Shown: positions 1 to 13,160 of the stretch, in pieces
Layout of the letters: each line of letters opens with the position of its first letter
How positions within the stretch are numbered: the first letter of the stretch is position 1
From: Malacoraja senta
Lineage: Eukaryota
Length of the DNA: 64,000 nt
Direction: 5' to 3'
Assembly: GCA_038087875.1 (NCBI GenBank)
Contig: CM075978.1
Location: forward strand, 159,402,001 to 159,466,000
Program-made: the position numbers and the translations under genes
The notes under the pieces: model-generated
Seen by the model: only the letters and a program-made list of their open reading frames with translations
Told to the model about the DNA's origin: nothing
The model's database searches: none

Positions 1-65
1 CCAAGACCCTGTACAACTGCAGTAGAACCTCCCTGCTCCTATACTCAAATCTTTTTGCTATGAAA
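1..65 (-). mobile_element. 5'-truncated end of a young CR1 LINE copy
   Basis: Near-identical to 59162-59226 of the large CR1. Confidence 0.9.
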
Positions 66-75
66 TATATGCTAT

Positions 76-240
76 GAAAACAGGCCCTTCCGCCCACCAA
101 GTCCATGCCAACCATCGATCACACATACACACTTGTTCTATGTTATCCCATTTTTGCATCCACTCACTGCATACTCGGCAATTTACAGCAGGCAATTAAT
201 TTACAAACCCACATGTCTTTGGGATGTGGGAGGAAATCAC
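76..240 (-). mobile_element. HE1-like SINE fragment
   Basis: gaaaacaggcccttccgcccacc...tgggatgtgggaggaaa; homologous to 16520-16810. Confidence 0.7.
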
Positions 241-1290
241 TATCGAGAATTTACAAAGAGCTTTTTGTTCTTCTGGGAGCACAGACTTCCTGGATGGAGT
301 CCAGAACCAGGGAACATAAAGATCCGCTTATCAAATAAGAAGGCAATGTTTATTATTAATTCCACAAAACTGAAATACTGCACCACAACTGGATGTAGCC
401 CCAATGTCCTTGAACCACTAATATGATATATGTATTCCACACAAATAACATTCAGCAGCTACTTGAAGATGTGTAATAGCTAAGAAGTTTGTTGTCTGTT
501 CTGGAAGGGCCTTTGAGGACTTGGCAAAGGAGGTTCAATGCATTTGCATTACAATAGTGACTGCATTTCAGAAATTTTAACTGTTGAGAAGGTGGGGTTG
601 GGTGGTTAGAAATAAATGAGGATTTAAAAAAAAATGTGTTTAAGACCATGATCCAATAAAGTGGCTTCAAATAATGCATTTGGTATTCAAAACTAAATGG
701 AAAAAACGGAAAATGCTGTTTTTCAAGTGGCTATTAAAAATTATGCCAATTTGATTATTTTATTGATTTATCAGATTTCAACTTTTTTTTTGCAATAGAG
801 GAGGATGGTCATAGGCTAAGTTAAACATTTGGCATCTGCCTAATATATCTGCTATGCTTTAGGTAAAATGCTGTTATAAATAAAGTTGTTCATTTACCAT
901 AATGTGCAACATACTTAGAGCTGTTTTGCTTTCAGTACAGGCAGATACTTTATCTGCTTTGTGCTGTCTTTGAAGCCTGTTTTCAGATCAAATAATTTTA
1001 CCACATTACCTTGTATAAACATATTTATGATAATTTGGTGACCTCTGCCGAATGGAAACCAATTGTAGATCAAGTGAAGTGTAGTTTGGGTCACAATAAT
1101 TCTCCATATGGTTTTTGATAGTCCCTTGTCAGCTGTATCATAGAGAAGTGCATGCGTCTACTCCTGTTATGTTTATCATACACCTATTCAGTTGATTAGT
1201 ATTTATATAATCATTTTAATTGACTTTTAAGAATGCATAGAAATTATAATTTCAAGATTAGCTTAATTATATTTTTCATTTTAGTTTCAG

Positions 1291-1347
1291 GAACCTGCCT
1301 GTCAAGCTGAGGATTTGCAATTCAATTTGCAGTTCTTTGCTTTGTAG
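1291..1347 (+). other. NFAT5: Putative stop-containing (poison) cassette exon of NFAT5
   Basis: ttttagtttcag| acceptor(s), tag|gtcaga donor, in-frame TGA at 1308-1310; resembles my recollection of the mammalian NFAT5a-specific alternative exon. Confidence 0.6.
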
Positions 1348-1606
1348 GTCAGAAGATTATTTAAATTTTCGCTGCTTGGTTATGAACAACCCCAAGTAAA
1401 TAATAACATACCAACGTTTTTTTCCCCATTATTCTGACTGGTATCCAAGTATTTGAAATAAACTAAGCATAATTTTATATAATTTTATTTCTTAGAACTT
1501 TATACATTGAATTGAAGCTTTGTGAACAATTAAACAAAACACAACAACAATGCTAGCTAACTCGCATTTAAAATATATATTTACATGTGGATTGTACATA
1601 CCACAG

Positions 1607-2150
1607 ATGTCTCCTCCAGCGGTGGTCAAAGCAACACCTTCACCCCATCTTCCAAACCTAGCATGCATTCTACCTCAGTAACTGACAACACATCTATGCA
1701 AGTAGATAGCTGCACTCCAGAACAGGGGGTAAGTGCTCATGGGGTAAGTGAATTACTGAGCTATGAAAACCAGTTAAGTAATGCCCCACAGCTACAGTCC
1801 ACCCCCAAAAGGAGAACAGTCCTCAACATCTCTCCACCACCTGAAGATTTGCTGGATGACAGCAGGATGTCTTGTCAGGATGATGCAGGTGACTCGGAAC
1901 AGAGCAATAATATTTGGATGGATGAATCAGGCTCTAACTACAGCATCATGAGTTCTAGTTCCTATAACGACAACACAACAGTACCACGGAAATCACGAAA
2001 ACGTTCACCTAAACAACGGCCTGGATTTGTGCGTGTGGACGATGAAGAGTCAAATATGGATGTCTTTGATGCAGACAGTGCAAAAGGACCCCATTATGTA
2101 CTTTCTCAACTCGTCTCAGAAGGCAAAAACAGCTCAAAGGGAATCAATGG
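1607..2150 (+). CDS. NFAT5: NFAT5 coding exon (N-terminal regulatory/NLS region)
   Basis: ccacag| acceptor at 1606, GG|gttggt donor; encodes [44 protein letters not shown] (NLS), [16 protein letters not shown]. Confidence 0.95.
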
Positions 2151-2865
2151 GTTGGTATAGCTTTTTAAACATTTTATGTGAACTTTTAAGGTAGTATTTG
2201 GATAAACCCACACAATATATACTGAGATTTACAAATGCATTTTTTCCTTTGCAAAATCGATAGAATGTTCTTTCTATCTCATCTATTCTAGCAACATATT
2301 CTGAAAAAAGAAATTAAATTATCTTTGGAAGAATACATCTAAAAGGTTTTTTTCTTATCTTTATAGATAAAGATAATATCCCTTTGTAGCCCCCCCAAAA
2401 ATGTTTAATCTGACCTTGGGTATATATGTCCCTCTTTTACCTTATTTCCCATTCTGCTAATTATTTTGTGCTTTCCTCTAAAATATATATACTTCTTTCT
2501 ATATATGTATTGGAGACGGTAACTTCTGTATATACAAATTATAATAATAGACATTCTTAGATAATTATGTCCTCAGTCTTTACACTTAAAAATGGAAAAC
2601 CCTTTAGCATATATTTCTTAGGAAGCCAGTGCCCCTGTAATATCTAATTTAAAACGGCATTCTTAAATCAAGACCTATGATAGTCAAAATAAACAGGCAA
2701 TTTTATGAAATAATGTTGGGTGTAGCCTGGGGAAGTCATACCCAATTCTCTCCTCTCTCTATATCCACAGAACAATTTACAAAATGGATCATTCACGTTT
2801 CCAGGAGATAGATCTCTGATCAGTTTTTTCACAACATATTTACCTACTTATTTCCTTTGTTTATC

Positions 2866-2968
2866 CCAGGGGCAGCGAAGCCAACTGTGGCATTCTACTG
2901 CTGCCAAGTGAGATCTCCCATCTCATTAAAAACGAGGGATCTTCCTGGGCTGTGTGGTTCAGTGCCAA
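2866..2968 (-). mobile_element. Ancient LF-SINE-like fragment
   Basis: cccaggggcagcgaagccaactgtgg...ctactgctgcc...gagatc...gggatcttcctgggctgtgtggttcagt resembles the reverse complement of the recalled LF-SINE consensus. Confidence 0.5.
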
Positions 2969-5900
2969 ACTAATGATCCACAGAGTAAGGTCCAAAGTTT
3001 TTTGAACTTTGGATAACTACATTGAAAACCATCTATTGTTGAGGTAAATTAAGTTTTATAGATAGATGAAGCAAGTGTCCTGACTATGAAGGAATTGCAT
3101 GCTTTTATGTCATCCATAAGGTTAGTGGTGCTATTAATAGAAGATAAAGGCTGGTGCAGTTTGATAGTTTAGAATTCCCATTGACCTGCCATGTGTTTTA
3201 AAAAGAGGCACCTTCATTATATTGATACTGTTCTTAGATATAATGTTGCTTGTCTCGTTATTTATTTTAAACCTGTGTTGAAACTTTTTTTTAGTTGAAC
3301 TTGAGAATTGAGATGCATCCTTTTGGTATATTTATACCAGCTTTAAATTGCCTGGTATCAAGTGTTGCAAACTTGGATTTGAATCTTTAAGTGATTGCTA
3401 TATTTCTTGTATGTTGTATTCACAGACAAAATCTATCATTTGAAAAGAAGAACAAACCAATTCTAATGTTCAACAATGCAATGTCACCCACATTAGTCAT
3501 ATTAGGTCCTGGAGACAAACTCATAACAGTACACATGTCACTCCTTTAAAGTTGTCTGAAACTTGCCAAGCGAATCATGTGATCTGCTGTGGACCTTGTT
3601 TATCCATTTTGTGTTGCTAGATGTAATTAGTTAACCTTCCTTGGCTCAGCTCCCAAAAATGTTCAAAAGTCCTGAGAAACATAACATTTTACAGGACTAA
3701 AAAGGATCTTTTTCATTTATAAAAGTCAGAGGCTTTACTTTTTTCATACCATCGGCAGTTCTTTCAGGTAAAAATTGTAATCATTGTCACTGCTTCTCCA
3801 CGATTCCAACAAAATTACATGTCTGCTATGTAAGCTGACATTTTTTTGTGCTGGATTTGTATTGGAATTAAGCATGTTTGTGAACCCCTTTTTTCATTAT
3901 TAAGATCTTAAATATTTAAATGCTTTCATGTCAAAGTTTTTCTTTGCCAATTCAACTATTTCAAATTTCCATAAATTTGCAGAGTGAAGGTACTTAAGCC
4001 CATGTAATAATTTCAATGCTATTTGCCCTTTGGACTCCCTCCAACCCCACAGTTTCCACAGTAATGTTATGCTCAGAAATGTATATAATATTCAAAATTG
4101 GGAGCCTATTTCTAAAAGCAAACTAATGATTATTTCTTCAACTCGTGTTCAATTCCTGAAAAAACAGTTATCTTTTCAGCCACACTAACAATATCATATG
4201 CAGCATCCCCAGATCGTAATGCTGTGATATCCCTCTTTGAGACATTTAATTCTCATTTATTTCACATTTCCTTATTTTTCTTGCCATAGCCTTACAACTC
4301 AGGATTTCTTAACATTAACTAACAGTCCTCATCTTGTTGACCCTCTATCGAACCCTATCCACGTTGGCCTTTCTTACTATTAGTGACTAATCCTGATTAA
4401 GAGGTCTGAGAGGTTTTTTAATGATCTCTTCTGCCATATGTTTAATATACACCTATAACAGCAATGGTTGCAGGAATTATTATTCCAGGATCACAATCGC
4501 ATCTTCATTGTTAATTCATTAAAATGATCTTTGCATTCTTGGTGCCATCAAGTTAGTTATTCATTTCCTTGCCAGTCTATGCCTGTTCACCTGTGATAGA
4601 GTCTTAGAGTGATACAGCATGGAAACAGACTTTTAGCGTACTATGTCCATGTTGGCATTGGGCTCTTTTCTGCATTAATACCATTTTCTAACGCTCAACC
4701 TGTAGACTTTCATGCCAGCATTTAATCTCTATAATTCTTAAATCTATGAGAACACCTGCTTCCACCAACCCTTCAGGCAGTGTGCTTCACATTTTAGCCA
4801 CTCCCCGGGTAAAAAAAACCTCTTCTATGAGTCCCTTCTGAATTTACTACCCCATAATCTTCTGTGCAGTTGCACTAAGACTAAGTAGTTACTTATTAAT
4901 TTGCAACATTTCCAGTAATAAGTTACCAAAATATTAATTTATATTTGTGTCACTTTATCTTATGTGTTTGTGTTTTCAAGTAATATTTTCCTTTGTTGTA
5001 TATTTGCTATTGTGCAATTTAACCATTATTAATGGGTTAATTTGATGAATTTAAGTTTGAGAAGTTTACATATTTCCAGACCCTCGTCAAGTATAGAATT
5101 TTTGCTGGATTTATGCTGGATTTATAATTTAGAATAAAATAATAGATATCACAATAAAATTTAAGTATCTAAGCAGACACATGATTGAAGTTTTCATAAA
5201 TCAACTAAGCTGAAATCAAGAGTACTCTCAAAGGCTGGAGATAAATATTCTGCTTGGTACCATGAGCATAATCCGGACATTTTAGCTACATTTCTGATAA
5301 TGGGAACCTCATTGTTGTAATGGAGTTTCCATTACCATAAATGTAGCTAAACTTATATTTTATAATTTAAAATGATCACAAAAATTTATCGTTAAACATT
5401 TGGATTGGTTATGGTTGGAATATGAAGCAAAATAAAAAACTTTAAAATACTTATACCTTTGGTTAATCTGAAAGGACACTTACATTGTTGAGTATTGGTG
5501 TAAGCTTCACTGTTACCACAAGTGCAATCAATTTTTGTTTACACATTTAATGAACTGCAAATTAGCTTGATTCTTTAAATGGATGTTGATATTAGTATGC
5601 AGTTTTAAGCCCCAATTCGAAAATAATGGCAGTAGAAATATTAGGATATGGTTGGATCAATACAAAACAATTGAAAACTAGTTATGTATGCATTAATTGT
5701 GCACTTTACAATACAGGTCGGTGTTTGGAATTTGATAGGTGAATAAAAATGAGATTAGAATTGTTTGCTGCTGCATTTATGTTGGAAGTAGTAGGGATGT
5801 TTGTTGCATGCACTGTCATTGTGTTTTCATGATAAACAGTGGTAGCCACTACTTTTAGTATAGTTAAAACCAGTGATGAGTTTCCAAGTTATTTCTTTGG

Positions 5901-7892
5901 TCTTTAAAAGCAATTTTGGTGTAGAATTAAAATCATCTCAGGAACTTAACAATGAACTCGAAATTAATTAGCCGAAAAAAGTTGCGGGAAAAAAATGTCT
6001 TGTATAAAATTGAACAAATGAGTTCAAAAATATTTTATTATTTATCTTAAAACTTATTTTGAAGCATCTCAATGATAAAATTTAAAATTGTAGCTTTTTG
6101 TACTGCAGGGAGAAAAACAGTTCCGTGACTTCAATGATGATTTTATGATTTTCTCATAAGTTTTTACATAAGTAAAATAAATCCCATTGGTCACAATGGC
6201 ACAATGGCGCAATTGTAAAGTGCAATATCACTTCTGGCCCATTCTTGAAAACAGGCAATGAATGTCAGCCATCTATTTGGTAGGACACTCGCACTGAGAA
6301 AAAGATTACACTGAACAAAGCTCACTATCTTTTCGGAGGTCTGCTATGTTACAGTCTTCCAATATATTCAAGGCTCCCATATTCAATTTCCCGACAAATT
6401 CAGTTTAAGTTGAATGGCAAAAGGCTCTTAAGTGCCTCCCCATGTCCCAACTGAACTTTGTCATGATTGAAGTTGAAAGTTCCGTTGGATATCACTTTCG
6501 TCTCAACGTAAATCATTTAATTAATTCCAAAAGGACAGTTTCAGGGATTTTGAGAGATGACAGTCTTGGGAGAACAGGGGGAGGGTGGAGTAACAAGCTT
6601 GGCTTCTTGAAAGAAAAAGAAACTGACATTCATATCATACAGAAATACACATGTAGAAAATGTTTTCAAGAACGTAATGTCTTGGCAATCAGGCGGTATA
6701 ATTAAATTGTCTAAAATTTGCAGTTACAGCATATAATGTCATTTACACTACATGATCTGCCACTATTGAGGTTTCTGTATTTGATACTTTACAACTCTGA
6801 GTTTTATTATATGAAGAAAAACATTGGGCCAAATAACTTAACTGTTTACAATAAACAGTAATCTTACATTTAGCTATTACCCCATTCGTACTGCCAGTGT
6901 AATTCCATTGTGAGAGCTTTTATCAGTTTAGTATGATAAACATAAATGATCCTCAATTTAAAATAATGATCTTATAAAGCTCAACTAATACTTCAGTTTT
7001 ATATATGTAGTTTTCAAAAATTTGCTTTTATTTCTATTGTGCTAAATTAGTCAGACTACATTATACAGCTTACCTTAAACTTTTAATGGCATCCGTTGAT
7101 TTATATGATTGCAGTTTAGCCAATTTACCAATATACATAAGCAGACCATTATATGGTTGAACATTTCATTGTGTAAATGGGATATGGAATGAAGTAAGTG
7201 TTCACTACAGAATGGCCAATGTTCTTGTCCAGGATGCTCTAGGTGGTCATTATCAATAATACTAATAATGTGATGTTGTGAAGTCTCCTGATTTACTACA
7301 ATGAACATCCAAGTGGGATTGATCAGTCAGTTTGGTTGAGGTCAAGGAGTAGATAAGGCATACCGTGCAAAGGAAGATAAAGCATGCACAAAAATAGTGT
7401 CAAAAATTGTTAACAATTGTTATTTGGATCTTCCTCACATAGAACGTTAGGTTGATATACAATTAACTGGTAAGTTTATGAGCCAAAATGTAGGTGGACA
7501 AATTAAATAAACCACAGGGCTCTGCTCTGCATTTTAAGAGGTGCCCCTTGAGTTTTTGTAGAACCTTTTGCATTGCCTTTCATTCTGCAGCATAGATGGA
7601 CCGATAAGCTCTCTGCGTAGATCTATGTTGCCAAATCTCCACCTGTTTTCTGTCATGTTATGCGTTTGGCAGATAAATCACTATCACTGGTATTTAACAA
7701 ATTTGCAGATCTAGGGTGAAGGAATATTTTATGCTTTGCTTCCTATTCTTGGTCAGAGAAATGTCCTAGCAGAATATAAGATAAATTGAGATGTTTAAAA
7801 GAAAGTACATAAAAAGCATTATATACCTGGTTATAAGTTGCATTTTATTTCAATCAAGTAATTTTGTGATGGGTATTTTTGATGTTTCACAG

Positions 7893-8082
7893 AACAACAG
7901 AACCCCCAAAAACTTCTTTAAAGAAGTGCCCAACACTATGTGCTCACTATCCTGGTAAAGTTGAGGGCAAAGAACTGAAAGTACTGGTACAACCTGAGAC
8001 ACAACACAGGGCACGGTACTTGACGGAGGGTAGCCGTGGCTCTGTGAAAGATCGGACACAGCAAGGCTTTCCAACAGTGAAG
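7893..8082 (+). CDS. NFAT5: NFAT5 coding exon, start of Rel-homology domain
   Basis: tttcacag| acceptor, AAG|gtaata donor; [39 protein letters not shown] (DNA-recognition loop). Confidence 0.97.
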
Positions 8083-9771
8083 GTAATAGTTTTCCCTGAC
8101 TTTGAAAGGAATTGCTGTAAGTAAACCAAAACAAATTGTTTATACATGATGCAAAAGCTGAACAGTATTCAGGACAATTAGTCTGTTTGATTGGTACTTA
8201 TCGATAGCTTAAACATTCACTTCCTCATTACCACCACATATTTTGATAGCTGTATGTATCATCTACTGAATCAATCCAGAGGCCTCTACCATCTGCAAAA
8301 ACAAGGGCATGGCAATATCCACAATAAAAACAGAAAAGTAAGAAATACTCATTCGGTCTTGCAGCATTTGTAGAGAGAGAAACCAAGTTAACCTTTTCAA
8401 AGCTATGACCTTTCATTTCGTATCATAAGCATTTGTTTTTCATTTCTGATTAATCCAGTATTCAGCAACTTCATTTGTTTTTTTCCTTTTCAATAACTTC
8501 CAAATTGCATACTCACCCGTCTTGAACTTGTAGCGTTAATCCTGTATCACCATCCATTCATTATTGTTGAATCACAATTAGAAACTTGCTATTTAATTGC
8601 ATTGTGGGAGTATCTTCAGCAGGTAGATTGCAGTGAATTAAGAAACAGACACCATCTTAAAGAACATGTTTGGGGGGGGGTGCTCTGGTGGATGTTGACC
8701 AGTAGAGAAGAGAACTACTGGGATTTAAAAAGGAAAATAAATAACATTGTTTGTTAAGGTTATCTATTTTCACAAAGGTTGATTTAAAAATCTTAAAATG
8801 CTATGAAATCACATGGATACAGATTTAATTTGAAAAAGTTAAATTTAATTATTTATGCTCAAGCATACTGCTTTCTCACTGTTTTTCTTGAAGTTTTTGC
8901 CCAACCCTCTACTGAAAGTTTTAACTGGTTCAAAAATCCTCTCAACGATAACTTTCCAGATCTAGCTTCACTGTACCTGAAGTTCTTCTGCATATTAATA
9001 AACATGTCCTCTGGTTGCTAACCTTACTGGTACAAGAATAATTTTTCTCCACTAAAATTCATTGTGAATTAGAATATTACAATTAAATATCCTCTTGATC
9101 CATTATCTATCTTAGCTCTAAAGCGAACAACCCTCTGTTTTCTAGTGTTGCCACAATAGGTTTGACTTTCCTCTCTGGTTATTTGAATGAACTATTCAAA
9201 TAAAGCTTCTCAAAGTGGCATGTCCACAAACCCTCTACTAGGATCCTACTAATGATTGTAAAAAGTTGAGTGTAACTTTAGTGTAACTTCATAGTTTTTT
9301 GTACTCTTTCAAAACCAACCACGTTCTTTTAACAGCCTGTTTGACTCACTAGTCCTGTACATATATCTTTGGGTTATGTGTCCTCTTTAAAATGTGCCGT
9401 TCAATTTGCATTTAGGTAACGCGATCTTCCAAAAACTCTTGTGCAAAGATGTATCACTATATCTTCATTAAATTTCATTTTATGTCTCTATTTCAAACGG
9501 TTTGACTTTTTGAATGTCAGTTCTTCTCCTTAGGCACTTCTTTATGACCGAGGATGACTTGCTTCCACTCTGATTTTGTGGGTTCTCAGGGGGTTAATAA
9601 AGCCAGTGTTGTAACTGAAGATCCTTTCAGAGATGGGGCAGGAGATAGCCAATAGCTTGGCCTAAAGGGGTAGATGTGAGATTCCAGTTCTTCTTCCACT
9701 CACGCAGGTTTCTTCCTGTTAATACACAGATAACATTGATTATTATATTTCTGAATTTCAATATTTGAAAT

Positions 9772-10072
9772 TAGTTTAGTTTAGAAATACAGCACGGAAA
9801 TAGGCTCTTTGGCCCACCGAGTCCGCGCCGACCAACAATCCCTGCACACTTACCTATACACTTTGGACAATTTACAGTTATACCAAGCCAAATGACCTAC
9901 AAACCTATACACCTTTGGTGTGTGGGGAAAAAACCGGAGATCCCGGAGAAAACCATTGCCGGTCATGGGGATGAACGTACAAACCCCGTACAGACAAGCA
10001 CCCGTAGTCAGGATCAAACTCTGGTCTCTGGCACTTTTAGGCAACAACTCTACCGCTATGCCACCATGTGCA
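9772..10072 (-). mobile_element. HE1-type tRNA-derived SINE
   Basis: Reverse complement of the 28671 copy; (ctaaa)n tail, CR1-like 3' end. Confidence 0.85.
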
Positions 10073-10236
10073 TCATGCCCTATACAATTAATATCACATT
10101 GCATAAATATATCAAAAGATACATATTTGTTTATTTTGTACTTAAGGTTTATTAATGGTTAAAATTCTACATATAAGTTAGAACTTCCACGTATTAGAGA
10201 GAAAATTACATATTCTAAGCTCTTATCTTGTTTTAG

Positions 10237-10427
10237 TTGGAAGGCTACAATGAACCGGCAGTCCTACAGATTTTTGTTGGTAATGATTCTGGCAGAGTCA
10301 AACCTCATGGTTTTTACCAAGCATGCAAAGTCACTGGGCGAAATACTACTCCTTGCAAGGAGGTGGATATTGAAGGAACAACTGTGATTGAGGTCAACTT
10401 GGATCCTGGAAGTAACATGACATTAGC
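10237..10427 (+). CDS. NFAT5: NFAT5 coding exon, RHD
   Basis: ttttag| acceptor, GC|gtgagt donor; [53 protein letters not shown]. Confidence 0.97.
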
Positions 10428-10849
10428 GTGAGTATTTATTAAAATCTGCTGGTGACTAATCTCTTTTCTGCAAAACTTATATGGAAACTTATCATATTAA
10501 ACATAAGACTGTCTGAATATTGAGTTTAGATATTGTGTTGCTTATTATCTGAGGTGGCAAAAACAAAGATATCGAGCAATAGAATCAGAGGAGATTCGGA
10601 ATTTGATCTCTACATTGTGCTGATTGGGTTTACCTCATGCATTAAGTAGGAAAATGATTTGTAAGCCAGAATTGCAGTTGGTAATGATGTTGGAGGAGAA
10701 ATTAGTTATGACACTCTACTATTGGGTGATGTCTGATTTTCACCGTAAGTTATTTTACAAAGAATGATAACTTGTAAATTTCTTCATGAAATAGATTTAC
10801 TTATAACTGTCTTAAAAGCAAACTATCTACAAAATCTAGTCTAGTTGGA

Positions 10850-12070
10850 ACCTGATACATTGTTGACTTGGTAGATTAGATTCAAAACTGGCTTGGCCAT
10901 AGATATTGAAATTAGAATTCAAAACAGATACTGGGATTTTGGTGTTTCTGTGACTGGTGGTCTGTGATCAATGGTGTTCCACAGGGAACAATGCTGGAAC
11001 TTCTATTATTTGTGCTAAATATAAATGACTTGGACAAACATGTAGAGAATCAGATTTGTAAATTTGCAAGAAAATGTTGTCAAATAATACAGTAGGATAT
11101 AGATTAATTTTAAAGATAGCAGATGGAGTTTAATCCAGACAACTGTGAGGTGTTGCACTTTGGGATATCAAGCATAAGAACAAAGTGTGCAGTAAATGAC
11201 AGGAACCGTAGGAGCGTTTATGTACAGATCGATCATGGGATGGAAATTCATATCTCCCTGAAAGTGAGGTGAAACACAAGGTGATAGGATGGTTAAAAAA
11301 AGGTGTACACATGCTTGCATTTCTCAGCTGGGGCGTTGACTATAAAAGTCCGGAAGTCAAGTTGCAGCTGTATAGAACTGTGGTGTTCAGAAATCTGGTC
11401 ATTTGAGTGCTCTTCTGGTCACCGAATTACAAGAAGGAGGTGGAGACTTTGAAGAAGGTCATCCAGAGGTTTCCCAATTGGAGAGTATTAGTTATAAGGA
11501 GAAGTTGGACGAACTTGGAATGTTTACTCTGGAGAGGCAGAGGTTGAGGGGAGACCAGATAGATGTTTATACAATTATGAGAGGCATAGATTGGGTAAAT
11601 AGTCACTCTTTTTCCAGGGTAGGAATTACAAATACTAGAGAACATAGCTTTATGGGCCTGTCCCACTTAAGCAACTTTTATGCCGACTACCAGTACCCGT
11701 CATAGGTTGCCGAAAATTTTCAGTATGTTGAAAATTCAGCGGCGACTAGAAAGACACTACGACTCTTTGGGCGACTGAAGAGGCTACTCACGACCATACA
11801 GGCGACACCCTGGCGACATGTCGCGGGGTGAAGCCTGTATGGTCGTGAGTAGTCGCCCAAAGAGTCGTACCTTGTTCTGGTCGCCGCTGGATTTTCAACG
11901 TTGAAAATTTTCGGAGACCTGCTGCGACTATGACGGGTGCAAGTCGCCGAAAAAAATCGCGTAAGTGGGACAGGCCCATTAAGGTGAGATGGAGAAATTT
12001 TAAAGGAGATGTGCAAGGAAAGTGCAACAAGTTGCCTTGGAGGTGGTTGAAACAGGTAGAATAGTGATTC
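10850..12070 (+). mobile_element. Degenerate CR1 LINE, interrupted by a MITE
   Basis: Eroded GVPQG motif, ISYKEKLDELGMFTLERQRLRGD; boundaries approximate. Confidence 0.8.
11653..11978. mobile_element. PIF/Harbinger-type MITE
   Basis: TIR TGGGCCTGTCCCACTTA / TAAGTGGGACAGGCCCA; TTA TSD at 11650-52 and 11979-81; removing it restores the CR1 sequence (gcttta|aggtgaga). Confidence 0.88.
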
Positions 12071-12254
12071 CATTCACCAACTAATTTTCCCAGTGACACA
12101 AAATCCCCATCAACTGTCCCAGATTCTACTGCTCATCCAGCTGCAATTTACAGTTGCCAATTAACTTACTGGTCAACTGCTGTTTGCATATCCAGATGAA
12201 TCAACTGTAAAAATCCCAGTCACAAGGAATAAAACATCAGAAAAACGGACAGAG

Positions 12255-13160
12255 CTAATGGCGGACATATAGTCGAGTCCTGATGCAGGCGAGGGTTTTA
12301 AAGCAAGTGGCTACAGAGATTATTCCACAATTTCAAAGCTCACTGCATTCTGTAAGGATACCAGAAGATTGTAAAACAGCCAGCATGACTTCCTTGTTCA
12401 AACAGAAGGAGGACAGAAGCTGGGGAGCTTTTGGCCCGTTAAGTTAACATCAATTGTTGGCAAGAGGCTAGAATCAATAATTAAAGAAGAAAACACTAAT
12501 CATTTAGAATAGCTGAGTATAATCAAATCTAATCTTGACAAAAGATACGTAGGAAGGAATTGCAGATGTTGGTTTACACCGAAGATAGACACAAAATGCT
12601 GGAGTAACTCAGCGGGTCAAGCAGCATCTCTGGAGAAAAGGGTTGGGACCCTTCTTCCGACAAATCATATTTTCAGATAAATCATGTTTGACAAATTTGC
12701 TCTTTGAGGATGTGACAGATGGTTGATATAGAGAGACATGTAGATATGTATTTAGAATTCTGAAAGGGTTTTAACAAAATGGCATGTAAGAGGCTGTTGC
12801 ATAAATTAAGGGGCCAAGGTATTGGAGGAAGTTGGAGTATAGGAGGATCCTACGTGGTTTTGATAGGGTAGATGTTAAGATGTCTTCACAACTCAGAGAG
12901 TCGCGAATAAGGAGCCGATCATTAAAACGGATATGCGTAGAAATGTTTTATTTCAGAAGATAGTGTATCTGTGGAATTCTCTGTACCTAAGGATGGCGAA
13001 GGCCAGATCATTAGGTATGTCAAAGGTGAATGCAGATAACTATTTGAAAGATTGAGGAATTGAGCTCAATAGGGACCCGACAGAAGAGGAGTTGAGGCCA
13101 GTATAAATCAGCTGTGATCATATTGAGGTTTGGGGGCTGGTGGCCCCTATTTTCTTGTAT
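12255..13160 (+). mobile_element. Degenerate CR1 LINE with a Penelope-derived repeat at about 12548-12660
   Basis: Eroded RT and 3' motifs (gtggaattctct...gaaggccagatc; ggcccctattttcttg tail). Confidence 0.65.

Noticed and set aside
1585-1606. ATG at 1585 as the NFAT5 start
   Set aside because: Lies upstream of the splice acceptor; NFAT5 homology begins at 1607 and the true 5' exons are outside the window
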